64,000 bases of DNA from Myxococcales bacterium. GTDB lineage: Bacteria; Myxococcota_A; UBA9042; JABWCM01; BTVJ01. Location of the stretch: positions 241,221 to 305,220 of the forward strand of contig BTVJ01000002.1 in the NCBI GenBank assembly GCA_045863395.1, in the 5' to 3' direction. The position numbers were made by a program, and so were the translations under genes. The notes beneath the pieces are model-generated. The model ran no database searches. It was not told where the DNA came from and was given only the letters and a program-made list of their open reading frames with translations. Shown here in pieces: positions 1 through 8,993 of the stretch (positions within the stretch are counted from its first letter, which is position 1; each line of letters begins with the position of its first letter).

Positions 1-712
1 GGGCCCGACGACGGTGGAGATCTCGCTGGCCGAAGCGACCGTCGGCGAGAGCAAGGCGGGCAAGCTGGTCTTCCGCTCCCGGGAGGCCATCGCGGCCCGG
101 ACCGTCGTGAAGTGGGACTTTGAGTGGCACGGCGTCGGGATCATGTTCGTGAACGTGCTCGCCGTGCAGGTCGCGAAAGCGCTCCTCGACCGCGCCGAGC
201 AGTTCATCGTTGTGGAGGTGACAGTCGGTCCCTGGCACGCCTGGCAAGCAGGCGACGCGGTGGTGGTCACATCGGACCACCCGGGAATGTACGACTACGG
301 GGCCGGGTCCGTGGGCGTGGCGGCGGTGTACGGGCGAGTCCTGGCAGCGCGGCGGGCCACGGACACAGCACAGGTGACGCTGGCCCTGCTCCTCGATGGT
401 GCGCAGCTCCGGGGCGTCCTCTGTCCCGGCGTCCAGCTCACGGGGCGCCTCGACAACGTGATTGGGGTGCCGCCGACGCTGGCGCACCTGTACCGCGCGG
501 GGGAGTCGGTCACAGTCTACACGCCCGGCAACACGGGCGCGCAGCGCGAGACCCTGACCATCACCGATAAGACCGGCGGATCGCTGACAGTCTCTCCAAC
601 TCCGGCAGGGTGGGTGGGGTCGAGCAGCGTGCTCACCTACCAGGACGAGGACGCGGCCAACGGCCGGCAGGCCGCCTACATCCACATCGACGACGGGTCG
701 AGGCTGAGCTGA
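1..712 (+). CDS. Phage tail/baseplate-region protein, 5' truncated by the window edge
   Basis: Frame open from the window start to TGA 710-712; beta-rich, phage-tail-like; the stop overlaps the next ATG (TGATG). Confidence 0.55.
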   Translation, partial: GPTTVEISLAEATVGESKAGKLVFRSREAIAARTVVKWDFEWHGVGIMFVNVLAVQVAKALLDRAEQFIVVEVTVGPWHAWQAGDAVVVTSDHPGMYDYGAGSVGVAAVYGRVLAARRATDTAQVTLALLLDGAQLRGVLCPGVQLTGRLDNVIGVPPTLAHLYRAGESVTVYTPGNTGAQRETLTITDKTGGSLTVSPTPAGWVGSSSVLTYQDEDAANGRQAAYIHIDDGSRLS

Positions 713-1713
713 TGGCGAGCATCGAGACCACCTGGCAAACGGTCACGGGCCTGCAGCTCGCGGCTGGCGCGCCGTGGAGCCCGGAGCTGCTCGAGGCGCT
801 GGGCGGCAACAACAACCTCCTGATCCGGCGGTACACCGCCTCCCTGGGGGCCGCGCACTTCCCGGCGCCGCTCACCCCGGCCTCGTCGGTGGACGCCTAC
901 GTCGACTTCCTGCGGTTCCTGGTGCCCGCATCCGCCGATGCCCGAGGGGTCACGGCTCAGATCCGGTGGAGGCCAGGGGCCGCGACGGACGGCCGGGTAC
1001 GCATCTACTCCAGCGCGGATAGCGGCAAAAGCTCCGCCGATCTGGGGGTCGCAGGATCGGGCATGCAGTTCACCACGCTGCGCATCGACCCCACCGACGG
1101 CACGGATGACACCATCGTCTTCGCTGCCTCAGGTCTCGACACGGTGGTCTACTCGGTCGCGCTGAGCTGGGCGCAACAGACGGGAGACACGGTGTCGTCA
1201 CTCGTCCCACTCGCCAGCGGGGCATGCTACGTGAACACGACGGCGACCGGGGAGGCCGATCCGGAGACCGAGGCGGACAAGCCCGTCACCGACGAGCTGC
1301 TCAACCGGATGGCGCGGACTCCACGGATCCTCTACGCGGACCGGCGCGGCGTTGTGATGAGCGCCCACGACGATATGACTGCCACCCGTCGCTGGAAGGC
1401 CACGGGCGCGGCAGCACGGACCCTCGTGATGGGCGCGTTTCTCCCGACGCGCTACCCCGTGCGGGTGCGCTGGTACGTGCAGCCGGAGGACACGACCACG
1501 ACGTGGAGTGTGCGGATCACCGACAGCCTATCTCCGTCGGTCTACGCGGAGATTACCCAGGCCAGCTCATCGGAGTCCTGGGGCGGCGTCACGTGGTACA
1601 AGGCGGCGAGCCCCGTGCTGCTGTCCCGCGGGGATCACGTCATCGACTGCGAGCTGGCGGCGTTCCCGGGCACCCTGAGCCTCAACGCACTGGTCGGGCT
1701 GGTGGAGGTCTGA
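712..1713 (+). CDS. Phage tail-associated hypothetical protein
   Basis: ATG at 712 coupled to the upstream stop; a short motif occurs twice (AGAPWSPELLEAL / ADKPVTDELLNRM); GC-rich third positions. Confidence 0.55.
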   Translation: MASIETTWQTVTGLQLAAGAPWSPELLEALGGNNNLLIRRYTASLGAAHFPAPLTPASSVDAYVDFLRFLVPASADARGVTAQIRWRPGAATDGRVRIYSSADSGKSSADLGVAGSGMQFTTLRIDPTDGTDDTIVFAASGLDTVVYSVALSWAQQTGDTVSSLVPLASGACYVNTTATGEADPETEADKPVTDELLNRMARTPRILYADRRGVVMSAHDDMTATRRWKATGAAARTLVMGAFLPTRYPVRVRWYVQPEDTTTTWSVRITDSLSPSVYAEITQASSSESWGGVTWYKAASPVLLSRGDHVIDCELAAFPGTLSLNALVGLVEV

Positions 1714-1714
1714 C

Positions 1715-2269
1715 GTGGAGCACATCTACCAGCCGGACGCAGCGCACTGGTCGACCGACGACGCACCCGGCCCCACATCACAGATCGTGCCGCACGAGGC
1801 TGAGGGCCTCACGCTATGGCCGCTGCTCGTCGACCTGTGGCAGTGTGCGGCGCTCTACGGCGCCATGGTGAGCCCGGTGCTGATCGGGGATCTCGGCGGG
1901 TCCATGAGCAAGGTGCGCGTCCGACTTGTCGTGCCAGGTCTGGCCACGCATGCCCAGATCTACGTGCGCGCAGTGGGTCAGGGCTCCGTCTATATCGAGG
2001 AGCAGACGTCCGGCTTTGCCCCCGGCTGGGCGGCGCAGGTGCCTTGCCAGGGCAACGGATCGAGCACATCGCTCGACGAGGCAGGCACGTTCATCGGGTC
2101 AGGCAGCTACGAGACTCCGACATCTCTTTTACAGCGACTGGCCCTCGTACCGGACGGGGACTCCCCGTTCTACTTCTTGGACCTCGACATTTGGAAGGAC
2201 GAGTCTCCACAGCTCACCGTGCTCAGCGTAGCACTCAGGCTTACCCGCATTGACCCCATCGTCGCTTGA
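1715..2269 (+). CDS. Phage hypothetical protein
   Basis: GTG start immediately after the previous stop; 184 aa, beta-rich. Confidence 0.5.
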   Translation: MEHIYQPDAAHWSTDDAPGPTSQIVPHEAEGLTLWPLLVDLWQCAALYGAMVSPVLIGDLGGSMSKVRVRLVVPGLATHAQIYVRAVGQGSVYIEEQTSGFAPGWAAQVPCQGNGSSTSLDEAGTFIGSGSYETPTSLLQRLALVPDGDSPFYFLDLDIWKDESPQLTVLSVALRLTRIDPIVA

Positions 2270-2312
2270 CCTCCCCCGCCCTGCTTGCCCGGAAGGGATC
2301 GCGGATCGCGGC

Positions 2313-2341
2313 TTGACCATCTCGCAGACCTGCGCTAGCGT
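2313..2341 (+). promoter_or_regulatory. Putative sigma70-type promoter (TTGACC-17 bp-TAGCGT)
   Basis: In the only sizeable gap (2270-2376) of the tail-region gene run; GGAGA RBS before ATG 2377. Confidence 0.45.
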
Positions 2342-2376
2342 ACAGCCTGAACAGACGTTCACCTAACGGAGACACC

Positions 2377-2700
2377 ATGGCCACCACCCGGACGCACGAG
2401 CTCAGGACAGCCTACGCGGACGAGGAGACCTGGACCTCGGACGAGGCGTCCGGGTCCCTGACCTTTGATCTGGCGGATCACCGCAAGATCGGGGTGGACG
2501 TCAAGCCGGCGACGGGTACGGTCGACGTGGCCGTGACCGCCGTGCGAACCAGGGCGCCAGGCGCAACGACCATCTCGCTCGCCACTGTGAGCGGCAGCAG
2601 CGGGTACGACGCCGTGTTCGAGGGACCGTGGGCCCTTGTCACGCTGGCGTGGTCCAACGCTTCCGCCGCACTGACCATCAACCGCCGAGCATCCAGTTAG
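2377..2700 (+). CDS. Small beta-rich phage protein
   Basis: GGAGA RBS and ATG; 107 aa, Thr/Ala/Val rich. Confidence 0.6.
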   Translation: MATTRTHELRTAYADEETWTSDEASGSLTFDLADHRKIGVDVKPATGTVDVAVTAVRTRAPGATTISLATVSGSSGYDAVFEGPWALVTLAWSNASAALTINRRASS

Positions 2701-2709
2701 GAGGGTTCC

Positions 2710-3060
2710 ATGAGCACGTTTGCGGCGGACATCGCCATCGTCACAGACACGTCGGCGCGCAAGGAGCGGGTGCTCGTCACGACGGCCGAGACGGACACCC
2801 ACACTCAGGACATGCGGGGGTTCAGCGAGCTGTTGGCCAGCGTCGTGATCTCCAGCGCCGCGACGGTAACGTTCAAGGCCAAGGCGACAAACAGCGGAGC
2901 GGAGACCTCGCAGATCGTGGGCCCTCCCGCCGGACTCACAGCGACCGGCCAGGTCCGCATCCTGGGCTCGTGGAGGTCTTTGGAGATCATCGTGGCCGGC
3001 AACAATGGAACCGTGACCGTGGCCTTCGCATGCGCGGGGAAGGGCGGGGTGAGGGCATGA
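2710..3060 (+). CDS. Small beta-rich phage protein
   Basis: AGGAGG RBS; 116 aa; size and composition similar to the preceding gene. Confidence 0.6.
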   Translation: MSTFAADIAIVTDTSARKERVLVTTAETDTHTQDMRGFSELLASVVISSAATVTFKAKATNSGAETSQIVGPPAGLTATGQVRILGSWRSLEIIVAGNNGTVTVAFACAGKGGVRA

Positions 3061-4247
3061 AAGCGCTCCGGCTGATGGTTTTCGTGGTCGCGGCGACCGC
3101 GCTCCTGGCGGCGCCGGTGGCGGCACAGTGGACGACCTACTCGGGCGGGCCCCTCACGCTCCCGTCCGACGGCCTGCGTCTGCCCCCGAAGAGCGGCCTT
3201 GCGTCGGGGTGTGAGATCAGCGGCAGCTACCCCGCCGGCGTGCTGATCTTCGCGGCCGACGGGACGCTCTGCTACAGCACGGTGGCAGGATCCCCGGCGA
3301 CGTGGGTGGAGGTCGGCGGGGGCCCGGGGTCCACGTGCGGCGAGCTGGGCGCGCTGTGCCTTGAGGACGTGGCAGCGAACCAGCTCTTCGTGGGGTCTGG
3401 AGATGGCGCGGGGGCCTGGACGGAGCTCGAGGCGGGCCGCGTCCTGTGCCGCAGCGCCATCGGAGACGTCACTGGCTGCGATGCGAGCGCACTGAGGGCG
3501 ATCACGGAGTACGGCAGCACCGACACCGGCAAGGGCGCCAGCCTGATCGGCACGGAGGACATGGCCGGCCACTACGGCAACAACGACGTGGAGACCGGCC
3601 TGGCTGGCGCTTACATCGCCGCGGCGGCCAAGGTCGCCAAGGCCGACTACGGCGGGGCCGGCTGCGTTCTGGTCGGGACCGGTGCCGAGATGTACTCGTG
3701 CACCACGCTCACGAGCGGCCGGGTACTCGGAGACTTCGGCGCGGGGGTGACCGCGGGGACAGCCGCGGACGTGAAGACGTTCGTGGGCGTCGACACGTCC
3801 AACGACCTGGTGCTGGCTACGGGGATGCCGCTGGCCAGCGCCACCAACGTCAGCAACAGCGCCGCGATCTGGGACGGCACCAACCGACTCCCCTACACCC
3901 GACTCACGGGCGAAGAAAACGGGGGCACCGCGACACTGCCATTCGTCTTCTACGTGCCGCCCGGCGTCAGTGCCCTGTCTGCGCTGCGAATCGCCACCGT
4001 CTGGAGCGACGCAGGGGCCGGAGCCAACTCGGGGGTCCTGGACTGCGTGGACACGACGGGCAGCCCGATCCTGACGAGCCACGGCCTGACTGAGTCGGCC
4101 TCCTGGGCCTGGGAGAGCATTCCTGGCGCCGGACTCGGTGTGGGCACCTATACGGCGGGCGGGATCCTATCCTGCGTCCTCTCCGTAACAACTGACTCGG
4201 GGGACACCGTGGACGTCTACGCCATGAGCGTCACCTATCAGCGCTGA
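3057..4247 (+). CDS. Prophage protein with Sec signal peptide and tail-fibre-like Gly-rich repeats
   Basis: ATGA overlap at 3057; MKALRLMVFVVAATALLAAPVAA-QW signal; GASLIGTED segment and repeated LxVGxG motifs. Confidence 0.6.
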   Translation: MKALRLMVFVVAATALLAAPVAAQWTTYSGGPLTLPSDGLRLPPKSGLASGCEISGSYPAGVLIFAADGTLCYSTVAGSPATWVEVGGGPGSTCGELGALCLEDVAANQLFVGSGDGAGAWTELEAGRVLCRSAIGDVTGCDASALRAITEYGSTDTGKGASLIGTEDMAGHYGNNDVETGLAGAYIAAAAKVAKADYGGAGCVLVGTGAEMYSCTTLTSGRVLGDFGAGVTAGTAADVKTFVGVDTSNDLVLATGMPLASATNVSNSAAIWDGTNRLPYTRLTGEENGGTATLPFVFYVPPGVSALSALRIATVWSDAGAGANSGVLDCVDTTGSPILTSHGLTESASWAWESIPGAGLGVGTYTAGGILSCVLSVTTDSGDTVDVYAMSVTYQR

Positions 4248-4257
4248 AGGCGGCGCC

Positions 4258-5382
4258 ATGGGCATGCACCGCATTCTCCGCCTCGGCTCCCTCGGTCCCG
4301 ACGTTCGCGCGCTCCAAGAGGCGCTGGCGCTCCGCAGCCACCCTCCGGGGCCCCTCGACGGCGTCTATGGCGAGCTGACCAAGGCCGCGGTCAGTGCCTT
4401 CCAGGCGGCCGGGAAGATCAAGGTCGACGGCGTCGTGGGCAGTGAGACCCGCGGCGCCCTCGCGGCGCGCCCGGCGCCCGCACCTGCGACACCATGCCCC
4501 CCCGCGCTGGACGACGGCGTGCTGCCCGAGGGGATCGAGGGGGTGTGGATCCATCGGCTCCAGGCCGCGATTGACCTGGCCGGGGACGTGGCGCACCTGG
4601 TGGCCGATCTCCTGGCCAGGCGGATCGGCGTCGTTCAGATCAAGGCGGCGGACGGCCGCTCCTTGATGAACCAGGCCCGGCTTGGCGAGGTGGTCACGGC
4701 CCTGCACGCGGCGGGGATCCGCGTCGTCCTGTGGTCCTGGGTGTGGGCCGTCTACTACGGCAAGGACGGCAGGCCCGAGTCACCCTACCACGCCAGTGTC
4801 GAGTACCTCGTCGACCAGGCGCGGGTCCTGGCCGACCAGTGCCGGCGCCACGGCTGCACCGGCGCCGTTTACGCCAACATCGAGGGCGAGGGCACCTGGT
4901 CGACCAGCAGCGCCGGCACGTGGGGCCAGCGCAACATCGCGACGTTCGGTAGCCAGGCCAAGGCGGACCGGGCCATCGCCCAGAGGGCGGACGCCTACCT
5001 CCAGGCCCTGCGCGCGGAGCTGCCCGGCGCGCTCCTCGTCGTCTCCACCCACGGCCTGGCGTCGTCGCAGCGTCTCCCCTGGCGCGAGCTGTGCGAGGGG
5101 TCGGACGTCCTCGCGCCGCAGTGGTACTACCCCGGCGCCAAAGGTTTCGCGGAGCGTGTTCCGACGTCGGCCTCGGCCTGGCGCAAGCTCGGCGCCCGGC
5201 GCCTGCGGGCAAGCGGCGGGGCCTGGAAGGCGACGTCCAGCAGCAGGCCCGCGAGCGAGATGCCCAAGCTCCGCGCCGCCGTCCGCAGCATCGGCGCGGG
5301 CCCTGGTGTCGACCGGGGCGTCGACTGGTGGGTCTACGAGCTGATGACCGCGGAGCACCTCGCCGCCCTGGCCGGGGCGTGA
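4258..5382 (+). CDS. Endolysin: N-terminal peptidoglycan-binding domain + glycoside-hydrolase-like catalytic domain
   Basis: LRLGSLGPDVRALQEAL...DGVYGELTKAAVSAFQ...VDGVVGSET is a PG_binding_1 signature; Pro-rich linker; alpha/beta C-terminal domain (IKAADG, ANIEGE). Confidence 0.8.
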   Translation: MGMHRILRLGSLGPDVRALQEALALRSHPPGPLDGVYGELTKAAVSAFQAAGKIKVDGVVGSETRGALAARPAPAPATPCPPALDDGVLPEGIEGVWIHRLQAAIDLAGDVAHLVADLLARRIGVVQIKAADGRSLMNQARLGEVVTALHAAGIRVVLWSWVWAVYYGKDGRPESPYHASVEYLVDQARVLADQCRRHGCTGAVYANIEGEGTWSTSSAGTWGQRNIATFGSQAKADRAIAQRADAYLQALRAELPGALLVVSTHGLASSQRLPWRELCEGSDVLAPQWYYPGAKGFAERVPTSASAWRKLGARRLRASGGAWKATSSSRPASEMPKLRAAVRSIGAGPGVDRGVDWWVYELMTAEHLAALAGA

Positions 5383-5562
5383 AGAGGATGGCTCGGAGGT
5401 CCTGTTCCAGGTCGGACTGCGCAGGGCGAGCGACTGGGTACACGACGCGACAGTACCGGAGCATCCGGCAGGAACGGGGGGCGGGTGACCAAGGGCGCGA
5501 GGCCGTGATCCTCGCGGGGTGACAGGAGGGGCTGTGCGCCCCAAGGAGGACGGAGGTCATGG

Positions 5563-5781
5563 ATGGACGGCGGCACGGAGGCATGGGTCGGCGCGGCGGC
5601 GTTGTCCGCGGTGGCGGGGATGCTGGGGCTCGGCAGGATGTGGCTGCGCAATCGCCGCCAGGCATCCCGCGAGCGCGCCACCATCGACCTGGTCAAGGCG
5701 GGGGTGCCGACGGGGGAAGTGCGGCGACTGCTGCGCGACACGGGACAGACGCCGGAGGCGGACGACTCGACGAGCGAGTGA
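5563..5781 (+). CDS. Small single-TM protein, holin-like
   Basis: GGAGG RBS; one hydrophobic helix followed by a basic patch; follows the endolysin. Confidence 0.45.
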   Translation: MDGGTEAWVGAAALSAVAGMLGLGRMWLRNRRQASRERATIDLVKAGVPTGEVRRLLRDTGQTPEADDSTSE

Positions 5782-6089
5782 TGGGCTGGAGCGCGTTCGT
5801 CGCTCTGCTCGCTGCGGTCGCCCTCGCTCTGCTCGGGAGTGCCTCCGGAGGCTGCGCCGCCACCGGCTCCGCCAGCCTTGGCACCGCCTGCACCCTGAGC
5901 TGGGAGAGCGTTCCCGGCGAGGCCCGGGTGACCGGGACCGGCGCCTGCAAGCTCCCACCTGGCCTCGCGGCCGTCGCGCCACATGGCGCGGAGCCCCTGC
6001 TTGAGCTGACGTGCACGGCGCGCTCGCCCTGGGCGTCGAGCTGGATGCGCGGGGCGAGGCGGGCGGGACCGGAGGCGCCCGGCGACTGA
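5781..6089 (+). CDS. Small lipoprotein-like protein (possible spanin/lysis accessory)
   Basis: TGATG coupling; hydrophobic N-terminus ending SGGC. Confidence 0.4.
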   Translation: MGWSAFVALLAAVALALLGSASGGCAATGSASLGTACTLSWESVPGEARVTGTGACKLPPGLAAVAPHGAEPLLELTCTARSPWASSWMRGARRAGPEAPGD

Positions 6090-6090
6090 C

Positions 6091-6489
6091 CTACGACCGA
6101 CGGCGCGGCGGTGCTCCCTGGAGCGCAGCCGCGCTAGACTTCCTGTGCAGCAGTTCACCATCTCGCCCCAGCGCCCATCTCTCCGCCAGCCTCTTGAGCC
6201 TCCTGACGGTGGTGTCCAGGTGCTCGGCGACCTCCGCCCAGGTCGCGCCAGCCCGGTGAGCGACGAGCGCTGAGACCGTCAGCTCGTAGTCCGCCGGCGG
6301 CCTCGCGGCGCGCACCGCGCGCCCGTCCGACGCGAGGCGCCATCCGCGGATCTGCTGGCCGACGCGGGAGAGGCTCACGCCCCAGTCCCGCGCCACGTCG
6401 GAGAGAGGCTCGCCGGCGTCCCGGCGCGTGAGAGCCTCACGCACCCGACCCGTGTCAGTGCGCGGGCCCTGGGTCACTCGTCCGTGCAT
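6091..6489 (-). CDS. Tandem helix-turn-helix DNA-binding protein
   Basis: Two HTH-like motifs (AGEPLSDVARDWGVSLSRV; AGATWAEVAEHLDTTVRRL); GGAGG RBS. Confidence 0.65.
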   Translation of the reverse strand: MHGRVTQGPRTDTGRVREALTRRDAGEPLSDVARDWGVSLSRVGQQIRGWRLASDGRAVRAARPPADYELTVSALVAHRAGATWAEVAEHLDTTVRRLKRLAERWALGRDGELLHRKSSAAALQGAPPRRRS

Positions 6490-6689
6490 CTCACCTCCAC
6501 ATGACGCTGGCGGCGAGCAACGCTAGCAGATAGGGCAGCCCCTGGCCAGAACCTGCCCCCACCCGCGCCGCTCACCAGCACCAGGTCACAACACCGCACT
6601 ACGGCTGGACGCCATCGCAAAATCCGGTGATCCATCGCTTCGCCACCGGTCAATCATTGACATTCTGGGATGTTACGACTTCAGAATGG

Positions 6690-6737
6690 CCAGAATCGCA
6701 CTCTGGAGGCCGTCGGTTCGATCCCGATCAGCTCCAC
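6690..6737 (+). pseudogene. 3' half of tRNA-Ala(CGC); prophage attachment site (attR-type)
   Basis: Anticodon arm CCAGA-ATCGCAC-TCTGG, T arm GTCGG-TTCGATC-CCGAT, acceptor 3' strand CAGCTCC-A. No matching 5' acceptor strand or D arm upstream. Confidence 0.85.
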
Positions 6738-6778
6738 TGATTCAGCGTGATGCAGGTGGTCACACCACCAGGAACTGC

Positions 6779-6811
6779 GAGGCCCCCGAAGCCGCTGGCT
6801 CCGGGGGCTTC
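6779..6811. terminator. Hairpin terminator downstream of the tRNA locus, possibly bidirectional
   Basis: GAGGCCCCCG-A-AGCC-GCT-GGCT-C-CGGGGGCTTC stem between the tRNA 3' end and the convergent response regulator. Confidence 0.6.
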
Positions 6812-6840
6812 GTCGTTCTGGGCCCCAGGCAGCGCCTCCA

Positions 6841-7281
6841 TCAGGCTCGCGTCGGGAGCGTGACCACCGTGAACCAGAACTCCTCCAGCGATCGGACGAT
6901 CTTCATGAAGGCGTCCACGTCCACGGGCTTCGTGATGAAGCAGTTGGCGTGGGAGCGGTAGGCGCCGAGCACGTCCTCGTCGGCGCGGGACGTGGTCAGC
7001 ACCACGACGGGCAGGTGCGCCAGGCGCGGGTCCTTGCGGATCTCGCACAGCACCTGCCAGCCGTCCATCCTGGGGAGGTTGAGGTCGAGCAGCACCAGAT
7101 CGGGGTGGAGGGCCGCGTCGAAGGGTGGCTCGTGGCGCAGGAAGGCCATGGCCTCCTCACCGTCGAGCACGTGGTGGAGGTCTACCCGGATCTTCGAGTC
7201 GCGGAGCGAGATCCGCGTGAGCTCCGCGTCCGCCGGGTTGTCCTCGACGAGCAGCACCGTGGCCATGCGCGCTTGGGTCAT
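6841..7281 (-). CDS. Single-domain response regulator (Rcp1-like)
   Basis: VLLVEDNPAD, DLVLLDLNLPRMDG, LTTS, FITKPVD; ATGA overlap with the kinase stop. Confidence 0.92.
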   Translation of the reverse strand: MTQARMATVLLVEDNPADAELTRISLRDSKIRVDLHHVLDGEEAMAFLRHEPPFDAALHPDLVLLDLNLPRMDGWQVLCEIRKDPRLAHLPVVVLTTSRADEDVLGAYRSHANCFITKPVDVDAFMKIVRSLEEFWFTVVTLPTRA

Positions 7282-8906
7282 CGCTGTGCCTCCCTCGGCA
7301 GCGTGAAGCTGAACGTCGCGCCCTCCCCGGGCGCGGAGCGCGCCCAGATCCTGCCGCCATGCTCCTCCACGATGCGGCGGCACACCGCGAGGCCGATGCC
7401 GCACCCCGGGTAGGCGCCCACATGGTGGAGCCGCTTGAAGATCCCGAAGATCTGTTCGGCGTAGCGCTGGTGGAAGCCGACGCCGTTGTCGGCGACGTCG
7501 ACCTGCCACGAGTCACCGACCAGGCGGGCAGACACGCGGATCACCGGCGGGTGCTCCGGGCGGCGGAACTTGACGGCGTTGGACACCAGGTTCTGGAGGA
7601 GCTGGCGCAGCAGGCTGTGATCGCCCTCCACCGTGGGGAGCGCGTCTGCTTCCAGCCGCGCTCCGGCCTGGTGGATCGCTCCCCGGAGGCTCTCCTGCAC
7701 GTCGCGGAGCACCTCGGAGAGGTCCACGGGGGCACGCTGCCCCTGGGAGGCGCCGACGCGCGAGAGCTCCAGCAAGCCGTCTATGAGCTCGCGCATCCGG
7801 GCGACACCACCCAGGACGAAGCTGGCATAGCTCCGACCACTCTCGGAGAGCGACCCCTCGACGTCGGCGAGGAGGAGCTGGACGAAGCTGGCGATTGTGC
7901 GCAGGGGCTCGTGCAGGTCGTGGGACGCCACGTAGGCGAACTGCTCCAGGTCACGGTTGCTGCGCTCGAGCTCCTTGGTGCGCCGCTCCAGGCTCTGGCG
8001 AGCGTCCCGGAGCGCGGTGATGTCCTCCGAGATCCCGAGCAGGTACGAAGGCGTGCCGTCCTCCCCGCGGAGGGGGACCTTCTTCGTGTGCAGCCACCGC
8101 ACGCCGCTCCCCACCGTGTGGATGGGCTCCTCGGGGATGACCAGGACCTCCCCCGACTCCAGCACGCTGCGGTCCTTGGACGTGAAGAACTCGGCCTCCG
8201 CGGGAGGGAAGAAGTCGAAGTCGTTGCGACCGTACATGGCGGCCCGGGGGATGCCCAGCAGCGCCTCCCCGGCGCGGTTGAAGCGCACGAAGCGCAGGTC
8301 CTTGGCCTCCTTCACGAACACCATGTCCGGGATGTTCTCGACGATGGCGTCCAGGAAGGCGGACGTCCGGCGGAGCTCCCGCTCGATCTTCTCCCGCTCG
8401 GTCGCGTCGGCGATGGCGGTGATCACTCGGGCATCTGGCGTGACGGCGCACGTGCAGGTCAGGTGTCGCTCCGGTCCCCGAACCGCTGCCGTGGGGCCTG
8501 TCCAGGTGGTCGCCTCGGCCGCCACGGCGGCCAGCAGGGGGACCCACGCTGCGCGCAGGCCCTCGGAGGGATTGCGGCACCGGGACGTCCACAGATCGTC
8601 CTGCGACTCGACACCGAACAGGCGCAGCGCGACCTCGTTGGCTGCCTCCAGGCGGATTCTTTGGAGGATGCCATCGACCTCGGCAGGGTTGGTCTGGAGC
8701 CAGTCGGGCAGCGCGTCGCCGTGTGCCATGCGCAGCGCGCCGAGCTGGGGAAGGATCTGGGAGAAGTCCTCGACGAGCAGCCCCGCAGGGGCTGCGAGGA
8801 ACCCCTGGATGGCGGGAGGCGGGCGCTCCCCCACCACGGATCCTAGGGGGGCGCCAAGAGCCGCGCCGCCGCCAGCCCCTGCGACATCGTGGTTATCCTG
8901 GGCCAT
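7278..8906 (-). CDS. PAS-domain sensor histidine kinase
   Basis: H-box FAYVASHDLHEPLR, N-box QNLVSNAVKF, DNGVGF, GCGIGL; PAS/PAC domains; AGGAG RBS before ATG 8906. Confidence 0.92.
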   Translation of the reverse strand: MAQDNHDVAGAGGGAALGAPLGSVVGERPPPAIQGFLAAPAGLLVEDFSQILPQLGALRMAHGDALPDWLQTNPAEVDGILQRIRLEAANEVALRLFGVESQDDLWTSRCRNPSEGLRAAWVPLLAAVAAEATTWTGPTAAVRGPERHLTCTCAVTPDARVITAIADATEREKIERELRRTSAFLDAIVENIPDMVFVKEAKDLRFVRFNRAGEALLGIPRAAMYGRNDFDFFPPAEAEFFTSKDRSVLESGEVLVIPEEPIHTVGSGVRWLHTKKVPLRGEDGTPSYLLGISEDITALRDARQSLERRTKELERSNRDLEQFAYVASHDLHEPLRTIASFVQLLLADVEGSLSESGRSYASFVLGGVARMRELIDGLLELSRVGASQGQRAPVDLSEVLRDVQESLRGAIHQAGARLEADALPTVEGDHSLLRQLLQNLVSNAVKFRRPEHPPVIRVSARLVGDSWQVDVADNGVGFHQRYAEQIFGIFKRLHHVGAYPGCGIGLAVCRRIVEEHGGRIWARSAPGEGATFSFTLPREAQR

Positions 8907-8993
8907 GGACCTCCTGACGAGCACGCCACCGCACAACGGTAGCACGACTCTGCAAGCGGTGTCACCGCCACACTGTGGCGCGACCGTCTGCCG

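Larger units (their letters stand above)
1..6737. mobile_element. Right-hand part of a prophage integrated at tRNA-Ala(CGC)
   Basis: Tightly packed + strand hypothetical beta-rich genes, then an endolysin and small membrane genes, an HTH gene, and a displaced tRNA 3' half at 6690-6737. Host-type genes resume after it. No integrase or capsid gene in the window. Confidence 0.75.

Noticed and set aside
1..6500. Diversity-generating retroelement or retron in the prophage
   Set aside because: No reverse transcriptase motifs and no template/variable repeat pair seen in the window.
6661..6740. Complete tRNA-Ala gene
   Set aside because: No 5' acceptor strand complementary to CAGCTCC and no D arm; treated as an att fragment.
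7278..8906. Bacteriophytochrome, suggested by the Cph1/Rcp1-like kinase and regulator
   Set aside because: No GAF-PHY chromophore module is recognisable, only PAS-type input.
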